Of a stretch of DNA of 64,000 nucleotides, positions 32,057 to 42,208 are shown piece by piece. Under the pieces are notes generated by a model that searched no databases, had not been told where the DNA came from, and saw only the letters and a list, made by a program, of their open reading frames with translations. The stretch comes from an uncultured Verrucomicrobiales bacterium (GTDB taxonomy: Bacteria > Verrucomicrobiota > Verrucomicrobiia > Verrucomicrobiales > DEV007): NCBI GenBank assembly GCA_938091905.1, contig CALKOM010000001.1, positions 32,001-96,000 of the forward strand. Reading direction: 5' to 3'. A program made the position numbers and the translations under genes. The number at the start of each line of letters is the position of its first letter. The first letter of the stretch is position 1.

Positions 32057-33495
32057 TTTCTCGCGCCGGCATCGATCTTTTAATGAATCGTCGACACTTC
32101 CTTTCGCGATCGGCAGGAGGACTGGGTGGCATCGCGCTGGCCTCGCTCATGGCAGAGGAGTCTTCACTAGAGATCGACAGCACCGATCCCTATCGACCAC
32201 GGCCGTCACATCACGAAGCGAAGGCAAAGAATGTGGTCGTGGTCTTTTGTTCTGGCGCGTTGAGCCACGTGGACACCTTTGACTACAAGCCGAAACTGAT
32301 TCGCCATCATGGGCGACCACTTCCCGGCCAGGAGAACCTGGTGTCGTTTCAAGGGCCTAACGGAAATCTCGTTCAACCACTTTGGAAATTCCGGCCGCGC
32401 GGACAGTGCGGGAAGATGATCTCTGATCTCGTGCCGCAGATTGGGGAAATGGCGGATGATCTTTGTTTTCTCCATGCCCTGACAAACAAGTCAAACACCC
32501 ATGGCCCGGCCGAGAACGTGATGAACACCGGCTTTGCCTTCGATGGTTTTCCAAGCATGGGAGCGTGGGTCAACTACGCTTTGGGAAGCACGAACGCCGA
32601 TTTGCCAGCGTTCGTCGCCATTGAGGATCCACGTGGGATGCCGCAGTCGGGTCCGAACAACTGGGCCAACGGCTTTCTTCCAGCGGCCTTTCAAGGAACG
32701 CCCTTTAGCACGACGAAGCCTATTCGTTACTTGCCTCGTCCATCTCACATTCATTCGCGGACGGATTCGGAAGCGCGTGAAGCGCTTCGTGCCCTGAACG
32801 AACGGCATGCCGAGAGATTCCCGGGAGACGAAGCCCTGGCGGCGCGGATTGCCAGCTACGAGCTTTCTGCCCGGATGCAATTGAGCGTGCCCCAAGTCGC
32901 TGATGTCTCTAGGGAATCCGCCGCGATGCGTCGTCTCTATGGAGCAGACAGTTCTAACGAGACAAAGGCAGCCTTTGCCGAGAACTGCATGCTGGCTCGA
33001 CGCCTCGTTGAGAATGGCGTTCGCTTTGTGCAATTGTTCAATGGTGCCTACGCCTCCGGGGGGAATCTGAATTGGGACGGGCACAGCCAGCTCAAGTCGC
33101 AGTACGATCGTCATGGTGACATTCTCGATCAGCCGGTCGCAGGCTTACTACAAGATCTCAAACAACGCGGCCTCTTGGAAACCACCTTGGTGGTCTTCGC
33201 CACAGAGTTCGGTCGTATGCCGATGTTTCAGGCGGGCACGTATGGCCGTGACCACAATCCTCACGGTTTCACCTGTTGGCTTGCTGGTGCGGGTGTGAAA
33301 GCACCGTTTAGCTATGGTGCTACGGACGAGTTTGGTTACGCCGCCATCGAGAAGGTTACGACAGCGCACGATTTCCATGCGACTATTCTGCACCTGCTTG
33401 GCTTGGATCATGAAGCCCTCACCGTTTATCATAATGGGATCGAACGACGCCTGACAGACGTCCACGGTCAGGTGATCCAGGAGGTCTTGGCTTAA
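32053..33495 (+). CDS. DUF1501 protein (Tat-exported)
   Basis: [36 protein letters not shown] overlap with upstream gene. Confidence 0.92.
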   Translation: MISRAGIDLLMNRRHFLSRSAGGLGGIALASLMAEESSLEIDSTDPYRPRPSHHEAKAKNVVVVFCSGALSHVDTFDYKPKLIRHHGRPLPGQENLVSFQGPNGNLVQPLWKFRPRGQCGKMISDLVPQIGEMADDLCFLHALTNKSNTHGPAENVMNTGFAFDGFPSMGAWVNYALGSTNADLPAFVAIEDPRGMPQSGPNNWANGFLPAAFQGTPFSTTKPIRYLPRPSHIHSRTDSEAREALRALNERHAERFPGDEALAARIASYELSARMQLSVPQVADVSRESAAMRRLYGADSSNETKAAFAENCMLARRLVENGVRFVQLFNGAYASGGNLNWDGHSQLKSQYDRHGDILDQPVAGLLQDLKQRGLLETTLVVFATEFGRMPMFQAGTYGRDHNPHGFTCWLAGAGVKAPFSYGATDEFGYAAIEKVTTAHDFHATILHLLGLDHEALTVYHNGIERRLTDVHGQVIQEVLA

Positions 33496-34619
33496 GCCTT
33501 CGATGCGGATAGTACTTTCCGCACAGCTGCGGAGTCCATCTCGTGAACCTCTACTTTCTCACCTAGCTTAGGCACCAAAGTAATCGTCAATTCGCCGCCG
33601 AGGTGTTCACGAAATTCTTCGAGGCCTTTGAGAATTTCTAGTTGGCCCTGATCGTCCTTGGCGTCGAGTTCGGGAGCAGACGTAGCAAATCCCAGATTTG
33701 AGATTAAAGCTAGGATGCGATTGGCGGTGGCTTTGTCGAGAAGCGCGATCTCAACCGAGTAGCGAAGGTCGATGGCTATGCCGATGGCGACGGCTTCGCC
33801 GTGGGTGATCTTGAAATTTGACAGCTGCTCTAATTTATGCGCGGCCCAGTGGCCAAAGTCTAACGGGCGGGCGGAGCCGTATTCAAAGGGGTCGCCGCCG
33901 GTAGCAATATGGTCGACGTGATGGGCGGCACTTTGTGCGACGACTTCGACGAGTGCTTCATGATTGAGTTTCGCTAGCGCAGGGGCGAGTTTTTCGATGC
34001 GTTCGTAGAACACTCGGTCACGGATGAGGGCGACTTTGACAGCTTCAATGAGGCCTGCACGTTTCTCGCGTTCTGGTAGGGTTTTGAGAAAGTCGGTATC
34101 ATTGACCACGGCATGAGGGATGGCGAAGGTTCCGACCCAGTTCTTCTTGCTGAAGAAGTTCACGCCGTTTTTTACGCCCACGCCGCCATCGCCTTGACTG
34201 AGTGTGGTCGTGGGCATGCGCACGTGGCGGATGCCGCGGTGGGCGGTGGCGGCTGCAAAGCCGACGAGATCGAGAATAGCGCCGCCGCCGATGGCAATGA
34301 TGTAAGAGTGGCGGCAGAGCCGATGGTCATGCACGGCTCGCCAGATGGATTCGACGTGTGTCCAGTCGTTCTTGGCAGCCTCGCCCCCGGGGAGTGGAAT
34401 GGGGGCGGTGACGAGTTCCAGGGAGTGCTGAGCTTCGAAATACTTTTGAACGCTGGTGTTGAGCTCTAACTGATCATCGATGAAGACCAACACTTTCACG
34501 ATGTCCTCGTTGTCCGTCGTGAGCACGGAAGCTAACGTCTCATTTGCTGGAGCAAAGGCACCTTGAGTGAAGCGCACATCGTGCGTGTAACTCAGAGTAA
34601 TGTCTCGGCGAATGTCCAT
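33492..34619 (-). CDS. 3-dehydroquinate synthase-like sugar-phosphate cyclase (EboD-like clade)
   Basis: [53 protein letters not shown]. Confidence 0.85.
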   Translation of the reverse strand: MDIRRDITLSYTHDVRFTQGAFAPANETLASVLTTDNEDIVKVLVFIDDQLELNTSVQKYFEAQHSLELVTAPIPLPGGEAAKNDWTHVESIWRAVHDHRLCRHSYIIAIGGGAILDLVGFAAATAHRGIRHVRMPTTTLSQGDGGVGVKNGVNFFSKKNWVGTFAIPHAVVNDTDFLKTLPEREKRAGLIEAVKVALIRDRVFYERIEKLAPALAKLNHEALVEVVAQSAAHHVDHIATGGDPFEYGSARPLDFGHWAAHKLEQLSNFKITHGEAVAIGIAIDLRYSVEIALLDKATANRILALISNLGFATSAPELDAKDDQGQLEILKGLEEFREHLGGELTITLVPKLGEKVEVHEMDSAAVRKVLSASKA

Positions 34620-34629
34620 CCTTGGCTAG

Positions 34630-35250
34630 CTAGGTCGTAATCAACCCCAGGGCTCGCAGTTCGTTTTTGGCAACATCGTGGGCATCTGGATTGTAGTGAA
34701 TGCACTGGAATCCGAGCCGACGTCCGGTCGCGATGTTGTCGGCCAGATCGTCGATATATGCAGTCTTTGAAGGTTCGAGGCCGAACTGTGCGATGGCTTT
34801 CTCAAAGATCATTTCGTCCGGCTTCATGGCCTTGGCCTGATGCGAGAAGATGATATCATTGAATGGCTCCAAGACAGCATAGGCAGTCTCAACGTGACGG
34901 ACGTGGAGGTCGTTCGAGTTGGAGAGCAGGTAGCGAGGGATGCCTCGTGTTTGCAGGTTCCGGAGGAAGTCCACCATCGGTGCGTTCTCTTCGAAGATAT
35001 CTTCCCAGCTTTGCTCGAAGTGCTCCTGTGAACCGTGGTAACCGGAGAGCACTGCTGTGCGCTGATACATCTCCTCATTGCTGATGGCGCCCGTCTCGTA
35101 TTCGATCTTGAGGGCGTCCATGCTTTCGCCCTTTAGCTTGGGCACGTGGGCACCGTGCTCGGCCATCGCCTTGTAGGCGCGATCGAAGTCGAAGCGTAGG
35201 AGGACATTGCCAAGATCGAACAGGACCTTCTCAATCATAGGCTGCACCAT
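34630..35250 (-). CDS. HAD-family phosphatase (YihX-like)
   Basis: FDLGNVL, LLSNS, KPDEMIF, YIDD motifs; start 35250 or 35238. Confidence 0.9.
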   Translation of the reverse strand: MVQPMIEKVLFDLGNVLLRFDFDRAYKAMAEHGAHVPKLKGESMDALKIEYETGAISNEEMYQRTAVLSGYHGSQEHFEQSWEDIFEENAPMVDFLRNLQTRGIPRYLLSNSNDLHVRHVETAYAVLEPFNDIIFSHQAKAMKPDEMIFEKAIAQFGLEPSKTAYIDDLADNIATGRRLGFQCIHYNPDAHDVAKNELRALGLITT

Positions 35251-35284
35251 GGAGGCAACGTGCTGCTTGGCAACGTCGAGTCGG

Positions 35285-37006
35285 TCAATGTCCGCCGGAG
35301 ACTTTGGCGTAGTACTGAGCTTCGACAAGGTCACCGGCTTTCTCGAGGACTTTGCTACAACCAGCATCCAGGTGGGTGAGGTGGAGACGTTTGCCCAGGG
35401 CGCGGTATTTCTCACTGACGCTGTGAATGGCTTCAATAGCAGAGTGATCACAGACTTTGGAACGACGGAAACTGATGTAGACGTCGTCGGGGTCTGCTGT
35501 TGGATTGAAGAGGTCTTTAAACTGCTGAATGGAGCCAAAGAAGAGGGTGCCACGCAGTTTGTAGTGACGCTCATTGTCCTTGTCCTCGAAGAGATCTAAC
35601 TCGATGTCCTTGGAACGTTCCCACGCATAAGTGATGGTCGAGATGACGATGCCGATGCCGACCGCTAGAGCGAGGTTGTGAAAGAAGACCGTGACCATTG
35701 ACACGATGAAGATGACCCAGAGATCGGTGGCCGGCACTTTGCCGATGAGGCGGAAGCTCGACCACTCGAAGGTGGCAATGACGACCATGAACATGACGCC
35801 GATAAGGCAGCCCATGGGGATCATTTCGATGAGCTTCGGTGCAAACATGATGAACCCTAGCAGGAGTACAGCTGCGGAAATCCCGGAAAGTCGACCGCGT
35901 CCGCCAGAGTTGATGTTGATCATGCTCTGGCCAATCATGGCACACCCACCCATGCCACCAAAGAAGCCGGTCACAATGTTGGCGAAGCCCTGACCGACGC
36001 ACTCACGACGGGTAGAGCCACGAGTTTCCGTGAGCTCATCGATTAACGATAGGGTCATGAGAGACTCGACCAAGCCGATGCTGGCGAGAGCGAGCGCGAG
36101 GAAGATGACGGCACTGACGGCTTTGGAATTTCCGAGATCAATTTTCGGGATTGCGAACGTCGGGAGGCCTGCTTTAAGACCTTTAGGGAGCTCATCTATC
36201 CGAGTTTGCTCATCTGCCGTGAGTTCACGGGCGGCCACTTCATTTGCTCGCCTCGCCACATCCTTGACTAACAGATCGTCTTGGACAGCCTCGAACTCTT
36301 TGGTTTTGATTTGCTTCTCGAGCTGAAGCGCTCGCTGGGTATCGACGACATTGGCAACCGTGATGGTTTCTAGAGGGGTAAACTGAATCAGGCAGGTTCC
36401 TAGCACAATGGCCACGAGGGGTGCGGGTATTGCTCGTGTAAACCTCGGAAGAAAGTGCGAGATAAGCATCGTGAGAAGGATGATGCCGAGGGTTACTTGA
36501 AGCGTAGTGGAGCTGAAGTTCATCCAATCACCTTGAGTGACGAAACCCATGCCTTCTTCGTAGATGATGCGGTGATTCGTCTTGAACTGACCGAATTGGG
36601 CGAGTCCGATGACAATGGCGAGGCCATTGACGAATCCGAGCATGACCGGATGCGGTAGGATTCGAATGAATCGCCCCAGCTTGAGTAATCCGGCAAGGAC
36701 TTGGAAGATGCCGGCAACGACCACAGCGGCTAACAGATACTGCAAACCGAACAGGATGACGACCGATGTCATGACGACGGCCATGGCGCCTGTGGCTCCT
36801 GAGATCATGCCAGGACGCCCGCCAATGGCGGACGTGATGAGACCGACAAAGAAGGCTGCGTAGAGTCCGACGAGAGGATCCACGCCAGCGACGAAGGCGA
36901 AGGCGACGGCCTCTGGAACGAGAGCGAGGGCGACTGTCAGGCCGGACAGCAGATCGTCTTTCCAGCGGATTCCCTGGCCATACTTGCGATAGATGAGTCG
37001 AAACAT
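35285..37006 (-). CDS. SulP family inorganic anion transporter with STAS domain
   Basis: DLLSGLTVALALVPEAVAFA, GRPGMISGATGA, GGCAMIGQS; C-terminal STAS (LFFGS, DHSAIEAI). Confidence 0.93.
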   Translation of the reverse strand: MFRLIYRKYGQGIRWKDDLLSGLTVALALVPEAVAFAFVAGVDPLVGLYAAFFVGLITSAIGGRPGMISGATGAMAVVMTSVVILFGLQYLLAAVVVAGIFQVLAGLLKLGRFIRILPHPVMLGFVNGLAIVIGLAQFGQFKTNHRIIYEEGMGFVTQGDWMNFSSTTLQVTLGIILLTMLISHFLPRFTRAIPAPLVAIVLGTCLIQFTPLETITVANVVDTQRALQLEKQIKTKEFEAVQDDLLVKDVARRANEVAARELTADEQTRIDELPKGLKAGLPTFAIPKIDLGNSKAVSAVIFLALALASIGLVESLMTLSLIDELTETRGSTRRECVGQGFANIVTGFFGGMGGCAMIGQSMININSGGRGRLSGISAAVLLLGFIMFAPKLIEMIPMGCLIGVMFMVVIATFEWSSFRLIGKVPATDLWVIFIVSMVTVFFHNLALAVGIGIVISTITYAWERSKDIELDLFEDKDNERHYKLRGTLFFGSIQQFKDLFNPTADPDDVYISFRRSKVCDHSAIEAIHSVSEKYRALGKRLHLTHLDAGCSKVLEKAGDLVEAQYYAKVSGGH

Positions 37007-37107
37007 AAGCAATAGCCCCGAATTGCATGGCGCAATGGGGGCCAGCGACCTAGACGGAGTCCCGGAATAGGGCAAACGATTTCAGCGATAGTTGTGGGAA
37101 ATCTGCG

Positions 37108-38376
37108 CTATCGGCCAGTGGGATGCTGAAGATAGCGCTCCCGCCATTGGGATCGAGAGATCTTTCCTCGACTATTCGGGCGGAGATCCTCGCAGACCCA
37201 CCAGCGGCGCGGGCGTTGCCAGGCGGGAAGGGAAAGCGCTTCTGTAATGGTGTTGAGGCCGGCGCCATCTTCGGGATGAACCACGGCGACAATTTCGTCA
37301 ACGCGCTCGGTGTTTTTGCTAGGAATGCCAAAGACAATGGCGTGAATGACAGTAGGTAGCTTGAGAATAGCCTCCTCTATGATCTGCGGCGAAACTTTCC
37401 TGCCGGCGACATTGATAGATTCACCGTGGCGGCCCTGAAGGTAGACAGCGTCTCGACGTTTGATCAACGCGTGGTCAGTGGTTAGGAACTGACCACCCTT
37501 AAGTGATGGGTCGTGAAGGTCGTCGGCATAGCCGAGACCGACAGCGGGGCTGGTGACCTCGAGGCGCGTGTTTACAATGGCGAGGTTCACACCATCCATG
37601 GCCGTGCCGACGAATGCAGGTTCTGTCCTAGGCAGGGTAGACCGGTCGTAGGCAATGCCACCACATTCAGTCGAGCCATAGAAGTTGTGAACCTTGATGC
37701 TACACTGTTCATAAATGGCTTGTTCCAGAGCAAGTGTGAGAGGGGCTCCAGCAGAAATCGCTAACTGAACCCGTTGATCGAGAATTCCAGCGCCTAACCA
37801 GGCGCGCCACATGGCGGGGACAGCTGGGAGGGTGACGTGGTCGAACGATTGCAGCGCGCTTTTGATCGTAGCGGGCAAGGCATCCTTTACGAGGACAAGA
37901 GGGATGCCGTGAAGTAGGAGTGGCAAGACAAGGTTGGAGAAGCCGTAGGAATGCGCTAACGAGATGATGCCTAGATTAGGCCAGTCGTTTCGAAGGCCCA
38001 TGGTGGTGACGATCTGATGGGCATCTGCAGCGAGTTGTTCTTCGGTAAACCACACGGCTCGAGGTGCGCCCGTAGACCCGGAGGTCCGTTTGACGTGGCA
38101 CGCGTTTGCTGGTGGGGTTAGCGTTGTGGGAATGGGATCATCTTGATTCTCACAAGGGCACAGGATGTTGCCATCGCGCCAACTGGCCAAGGCGGTGATC
38201 AGGAAGTCCACGCCGCGACCGCGGGCTTCGCGGATGGGCTCGCGTGAAACGGGCTCGGCGTTGGCACGAGCGTGCAATTCCGCAAATGTCCAGTGCTGGC
38301 CACTGGCGGCATCGACCAGCGCCAGTGCTGTCGCGTTGGTCGTCGCTATTTGAAGCCAGTGCTCGTAGAGGGTCAC
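37108..38376 (-). CDS. Class I adenylate-forming enzyme (acyl-CoA/acyl-ACP ligase)
   Basis: TSGSTGAPR, SAGAPL, FYGSTECG, GKISR motifs. Confidence 0.88.
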   Translation of the reverse strand: MTLYEHWLQIATTNATALALVDAASGQHWTFAELHARANAEPVSREPIREARGRGVDFLITALASWRDGNILCPCENQDDPIPTTLTPPANACHVKRTSGSTGAPRAVWFTEEQLAADAHQIVTTMGLRNDWPNLGIISLAHSYGFSNLVLPLLLHGIPLVLVKDALPATIKSALQSFDHVTLPAVPAMWRAWLGAGILDQRVQLAISAGAPLTLALEQAIYEQCSIKVHNFYGSTECGGIAYDRSTLPRTEPAFVGTAMDGVNLAIVNTRLEVTSPAVGLGYADDLHDPSLKGGQFLTTDHALIKRRDAVYLQGRHGESINVAGRKVSPQIIEEAILKLPTVIHAIVFGIPSKNTERVDEIVAVVHPEDGAGLNTITEALSLPAWQRPRRWWVCEDLRPNSRGKISRSQWRERYLQHPTGR

Positions 38377-38452
38377 GGGAACGAGAGTTCACCATGTGTG
38401 GTCCTTTGACAACTTGGATACCCTTGAAGGGTTTACAGCCTCAAGAATCCTT

Positions 38453-40762
38453 ATGACCCGATTGCTCCTCATATTTCTTCTTGCCATCGTCACGACCGCG
38501 TTTGGGGACGTGCAATTCGATCGCGATATTCGCCCAATTCTTTCTGATCGCTGTTTCCAGTGCCACGGCCCCGATGAACATGATCGCCGGGGGAAACTGC
38601 GACTGGATCAGACTGGTGGAGCCGACGGCGCCTATACGAAGGGGGCGCTGAGTCCCGGCTCTCTCGCTGATAGCGAATTGTGGCAGCGAATCCACCACCA
38701 GGATCCAGATGAGGTCATGCCGCCCCCGGAGGCTGAGAAGAAGCCGCTGACGAAGACAGAACGTGCTCTGATTAGGCAATGGATCGAGGAAGGGGCCGCC
38801 TACCAAGATTTCTGGGCGTTTGTTCTACCTAAAATACCTGTTGTTGAGGTGGGGGAAGGGCAGCCGATTGATCAGTTGGTCCAGCGCCAGCTCAAGTCGG
38901 AAGGGCGTCAGCTGAGTCCAGAGGCGGATCGTCGTCGCTTGATTCGTCGGGCTACCCTCGACATCACGGGCTTACCGCCCACTCGGAAAGAGATCCGGGA
39001 ATTTCTAGCTGATACCTCAGAGGGAGCTTACGAAGCGCTTGTGGACCGTTTGCTGGCCAAGCATGCCTATGGTGAACACATGACCAAGTATTGGTTAGAC
39101 TTAGTGCGCTTCGCCGATACGAACGGCATTCATCATGATCACTTTCGCGACATGACTCCCTATCGAGATTGGGTGATTCGTTCGTTTAACGAGAATATTC
39201 CTTATGATCGCTTTGTGGTCGATCAGTTGGCTGGCGATCTGTACGAGGCCCCGTCACGCGGTCAACTGATCGCTTCAGGCTTTAATCGGCTCCATCTCAT
39301 TATCGATGTGGGAACGGCGCTTCCTGAGGAGAGTTTTACCAAGAATGTGATCGATCGTGTCACGGCTGTGGGTACGGCGTTCATGGGGCTCACGGTCCAA
39401 TGTGCTGTCTGTCATGATCACAAATATGATCCGATCACGGCGAAGGATTTTTATCAGCTCTATGCGTTTTTTAATAATCTCGATGCGAAGCCAGAGACAG
39501 GAGGTCGGAGTGGTACAGATTTCAAACGCGGCTTACAACCACCTTACATTGATCTGACGTCAACGGCGCAGGAAGCTGAATTGTCTGAACTTGCCCGGAA
39601 GATCAGGTCGGCCGAGACGGGGGAGCAACGCAAGGCTCTGGAGGAGAAGCGTGATGCTCTCCTTATGACGATCCCTGCAGCGATGGTGATGAAGGAGAAG
39701 AGTGAGGTGCGTCCCGCGCACATCTTGGTCAGAGGAGCCTATGACAATCCAGGCGAACAAGTTCAGCGGGGGACGCCGGCCTTTCTTCCACCGATGCGGG
39801 CTAAGGAGGGCAAGAAGACGCGCATGGATCTCGCTGAGTGGTTTGTTTCCAAGGAGAATCCACTGACTGCAAGAGTGGCAGTGAATCGTGTGTGGCAGCA
39901 GTTCTTTGGGGTGGGGTTAGTCAAGACATCAGAGGACTTTGGTAATCAGGGCGAATGGCCGAGTTATCCTGAGTTGATCGATTACCTAGCCGTGACGTTC
40001 ATGGAATCCGGTTGGGATACAAAGTCGCTGGTGAAAGAGATTGTGCTCTCGAAGACCTACAAGCAGGTGTCTGAAGCGAACCCAGAGGTCTTTAGGGCTG
40101 ATCCTGAGAATCGCGCTCTTGCGCGGGGTTCACGATTTCGCATGGACTCCGAGATGATTCGTGATCAAGTTCTTGTCACTAGCGGAATGCTAAATGAGGA
40201 CATGTTTGGCAAGAGTGTGAAGCCGCCGCAACCGAAGGGGCTCTGGAAATCGGTTGGGATGCCAAGCTCCTATCCTAGAGAGTATGTGCCTGATGAAGGC
40301 GACGAGATTTATCGTCGAAGTGTCTATACCTTTTGGAAACGTGGCATGCCTCCTCCGCAAATGACAATTCTCAACGCGCCTTCGCGCGAAGCGTGCATTG
40401 CTCGCCGAGAGCGGACGAACACGCCGTTGCAGGCACTGCTTCTTCTGAACGAACAGGAGTATCTGAAAGCAGCACAGCATCTTGGGTTGCAAGTTCTCGG
40501 CAATTCGAATGCCAAACGCGATGATCGCCTCACGATGGTTTACGAGACGATCACTTCGGCACTGCCGGATGCGCAAGAGAAAGCGACATTGCAAAAAGCA
40601 CTTGCCGATCTCATAGCGCTTTACCAAGGGCAACCTGAACTCGCCGAGCAACTATGTGACGGCGTGGAGTCTCCTCCAAGCGTTGAGGCGCCAGAACTCG
40701 CTGCGTGGACGATGCTAATCAGTTCGCTCTATAACCTCGATATCACCAAGACACGTCAATAG
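38453..40762 (+). CDS. PSCyt1 / DUF1549 / DUF1553 protein
   Basis: [34 protein letters not shown]. Confidence 0.92.
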   Translation: MTRLLLIFLLAIVTTAFGDVQFDRDIRPILSDRCFQCHGPDEHDRRGKLRLDQTGGADGAYTKGALSPGSLADSELWQRIHHQDPDEVMPPPEAEKKPLTKTERALIRQWIEEGAAYQDFWAFVLPKIPVVEVGEGQPIDQLVQRQLKSEGRQLSPEADRRRLIRRATLDITGLPPTRKEIREFLADTSEGAYEALVDRLLAKHAYGEHMTKYWLDLVRFADTNGIHHDHFRDMTPYRDWVIRSFNENIPYDRFVVDQLAGDLYEAPSRGQLIASGFNRLHLIIDVGTALPEESFTKNVIDRVTAVGTAFMGLTVQCAVCHDHKYDPITAKDFYQLYAFFNNLDAKPETGGRSGTDFKRGLQPPYIDLTSTAQEAELSELARKIRSAETGEQRKALEEKRDALLMTIPAAMVMKEKSEVRPAHILVRGAYDNPGEQVQRGTPAFLPPMRAKEGKKTRMDLAEWFVSKENPLTARVAVNRVWQQFFGVGLVKTSEDFGNQGEWPSYPELIDYLAVTFMESGWDTKSLVKEIVLSKTYKQVSEANPEVFRADPENRALARGSRFRMDSEMIRDQVLVTSGMLNEDMFGKSVKPPQPKGLWKSVGMPSSYPREYVPDEGDEIYRRSVYTFWKRGMPPPQMTILNAPSREACIARRERTNTPLQALLLLNEQEYLKAAQHLGLQVLGNSNAKRDDRLTMVYETITSALPDAQEKATLQKALADLIALYQGQPELAEQLCDGVESPPSVEAPELAAWTMLISSLYNLDITKTRQ

Positions 40763-40768
40763 ATCGTC

Positions 40769-42208
40769 ATGTTACACGACATCAGAGAAGAACCTAACAT
40801 GCTGCAGGCGCGGCGGCAGTTTCTGAAGACATCAGGGATGGGTCTAGGCGCGGCCACGCTTGGTTCGCTACTGCCTCAGAATGGCCACGCTCGCGAGATC
40901 AGCGTGGGTTCTGCCAAGGCCAAACACGTCATCTTCCTTTTCATGGCAGGTGCTCCGAGTCAGGTCGATTTGTTCGATTACAAGCCTGATTTGCAGGAAC
41001 GCTTCCGCGAGCCGTTGCCTCCTAGCATTAGCCAAGGGCAACGTGTGACTGCGATGACCAAGGGGCGTCAGCAGTTGGTTGCGCCAACGATGTTTGGCTT
41101 TAAGAAGCGGGGCAAGAGCGGTCTCTGGATGAGCAATTTGTTGCCGCGCCTTGGCGAGGTGGCCGATGAGCTTTGCCTCATCAAGTCGATGCATACGAAT
41201 GCAATAAATCATGACCCTGGCAAAACGTTTATTTGCACGGGAAACGAGCTTCCTGGAAAGGCGAGCATGGGTGCGTGGTTGAGTTATGGGTTGGGCTCGA
41301 TGAATCGAGATTTACCTGATTTCGTGGTGCTGAATTCCGCTTATTGGACAGGGGGAACTCGCAACACCCAGGCGCTTTATAGCCGCTTGTGGGGCAGTGG
41401 GTTTCTGCCTTCGAAGCACCAAGGGGTAGCCTTCCAGACGTCGGGAGATCCCGTGCTGTTCCTTTCTAATCCGAAAGGCGTTGACCAAAGCGTGAGGCGA
41501 AGAATGCTCGATGCGGTGGGCGCATTGAATGAGAAACATTACCGCGAGATCGGTGATCAGGAGATTCAAACGACGATCGCCCAGCAGGAGATGGCTTTCC
41601 GCATGCAGGCTTCCGTGCCTGAGTTGACCGAAGTATCAGGCGAGCCGGAAAGTGTGACGGATCTCTATGGTCCCGAGGTGAAAAAGCCAGGCTCGTTTGC
41701 GAGAAACTGCTTACTTGCGCGGCGCATGGTGGAGCGGGGAGTGCGATTTATCCAAGTCTTTCATCGAGGGTGGGATCACCACACGATCTTGCCCAAGCAG
41801 TTCCCAGGTCAGTGTTTCGACGTCGACCAGCCTTCAGCAGCCTTGATTACGGATCTCAAGCAACGTGGTCTTCTGGAGGATACGATGATTGTCTTTGCCG
41901 GCGAGTTTGGGCGGACGGTGTTCTGTCAGGGAAAGCTGGAGCGCACGGATTACGGTCGTGATCATCATCCGCGTTGTTTCACTGCCTGGATGGCTGGTGG
42001 CGGAATCAAGGGTGGAATTTCTTACGGTGAAACCGATGAGTTTAGCTACAACGTGGCGAAAGATCCGGTCTCGGTGCGTGACCTTCACGCGACGATGCTG
42101 CATCAGTTAGGCATCGATCACGCGAAACTGACCTTTCCGTTCCAAGGGCTGGATCAGAAACTGACGGGTGTCGAGGCGTCGCGGGTGGTGCGAGAGATTC
42201 TGTCCTAA
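40769..42208 (+). CDS. DUF1501 protein (Tat-exported)
   Basis: ARRQFLK; GAPSQVDLFDYKP, GWDHH, GEFGRT, GRDHHP. Confidence 0.92.
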   Translation: MLHDIREEPNMLQARRQFLKTSGMGLGAATLGSLLPQNGHAREISVGSAKAKHVIFLFMAGAPSQVDLFDYKPDLQERFREPLPPSISQGQRVTAMTKGRQQLVAPTMFGFKKRGKSGLWMSNLLPRLGEVADELCLIKSMHTNAINHDPGKTFICTGNELPGKASMGAWLSYGLGSMNRDLPDFVVLNSAYWTGGTRNTQALYSRLWGSGFLPSKHQGVAFQTSGDPVLFLSNPKGVDQSVRRRMLDAVGALNEKHYREIGDQEIQTTIAQQEMAFRMQASVPELTEVSGEPESVTDLYGPEVKKPGSFARNCLLARRMVERGVRFIQVFHRGWDHHTILPKQFPGQCFDVDQPSAALITDLKQRGLLEDTMIVFAGEFGRTVFCQGKLERTDYGRDHHPRCFTAWMAGGGIKGGISYGETDEFSYNVAKDPVSVRDLHATMLHQLGIDHAKLTFPFQGLDQKLTGVEASRVVREILS

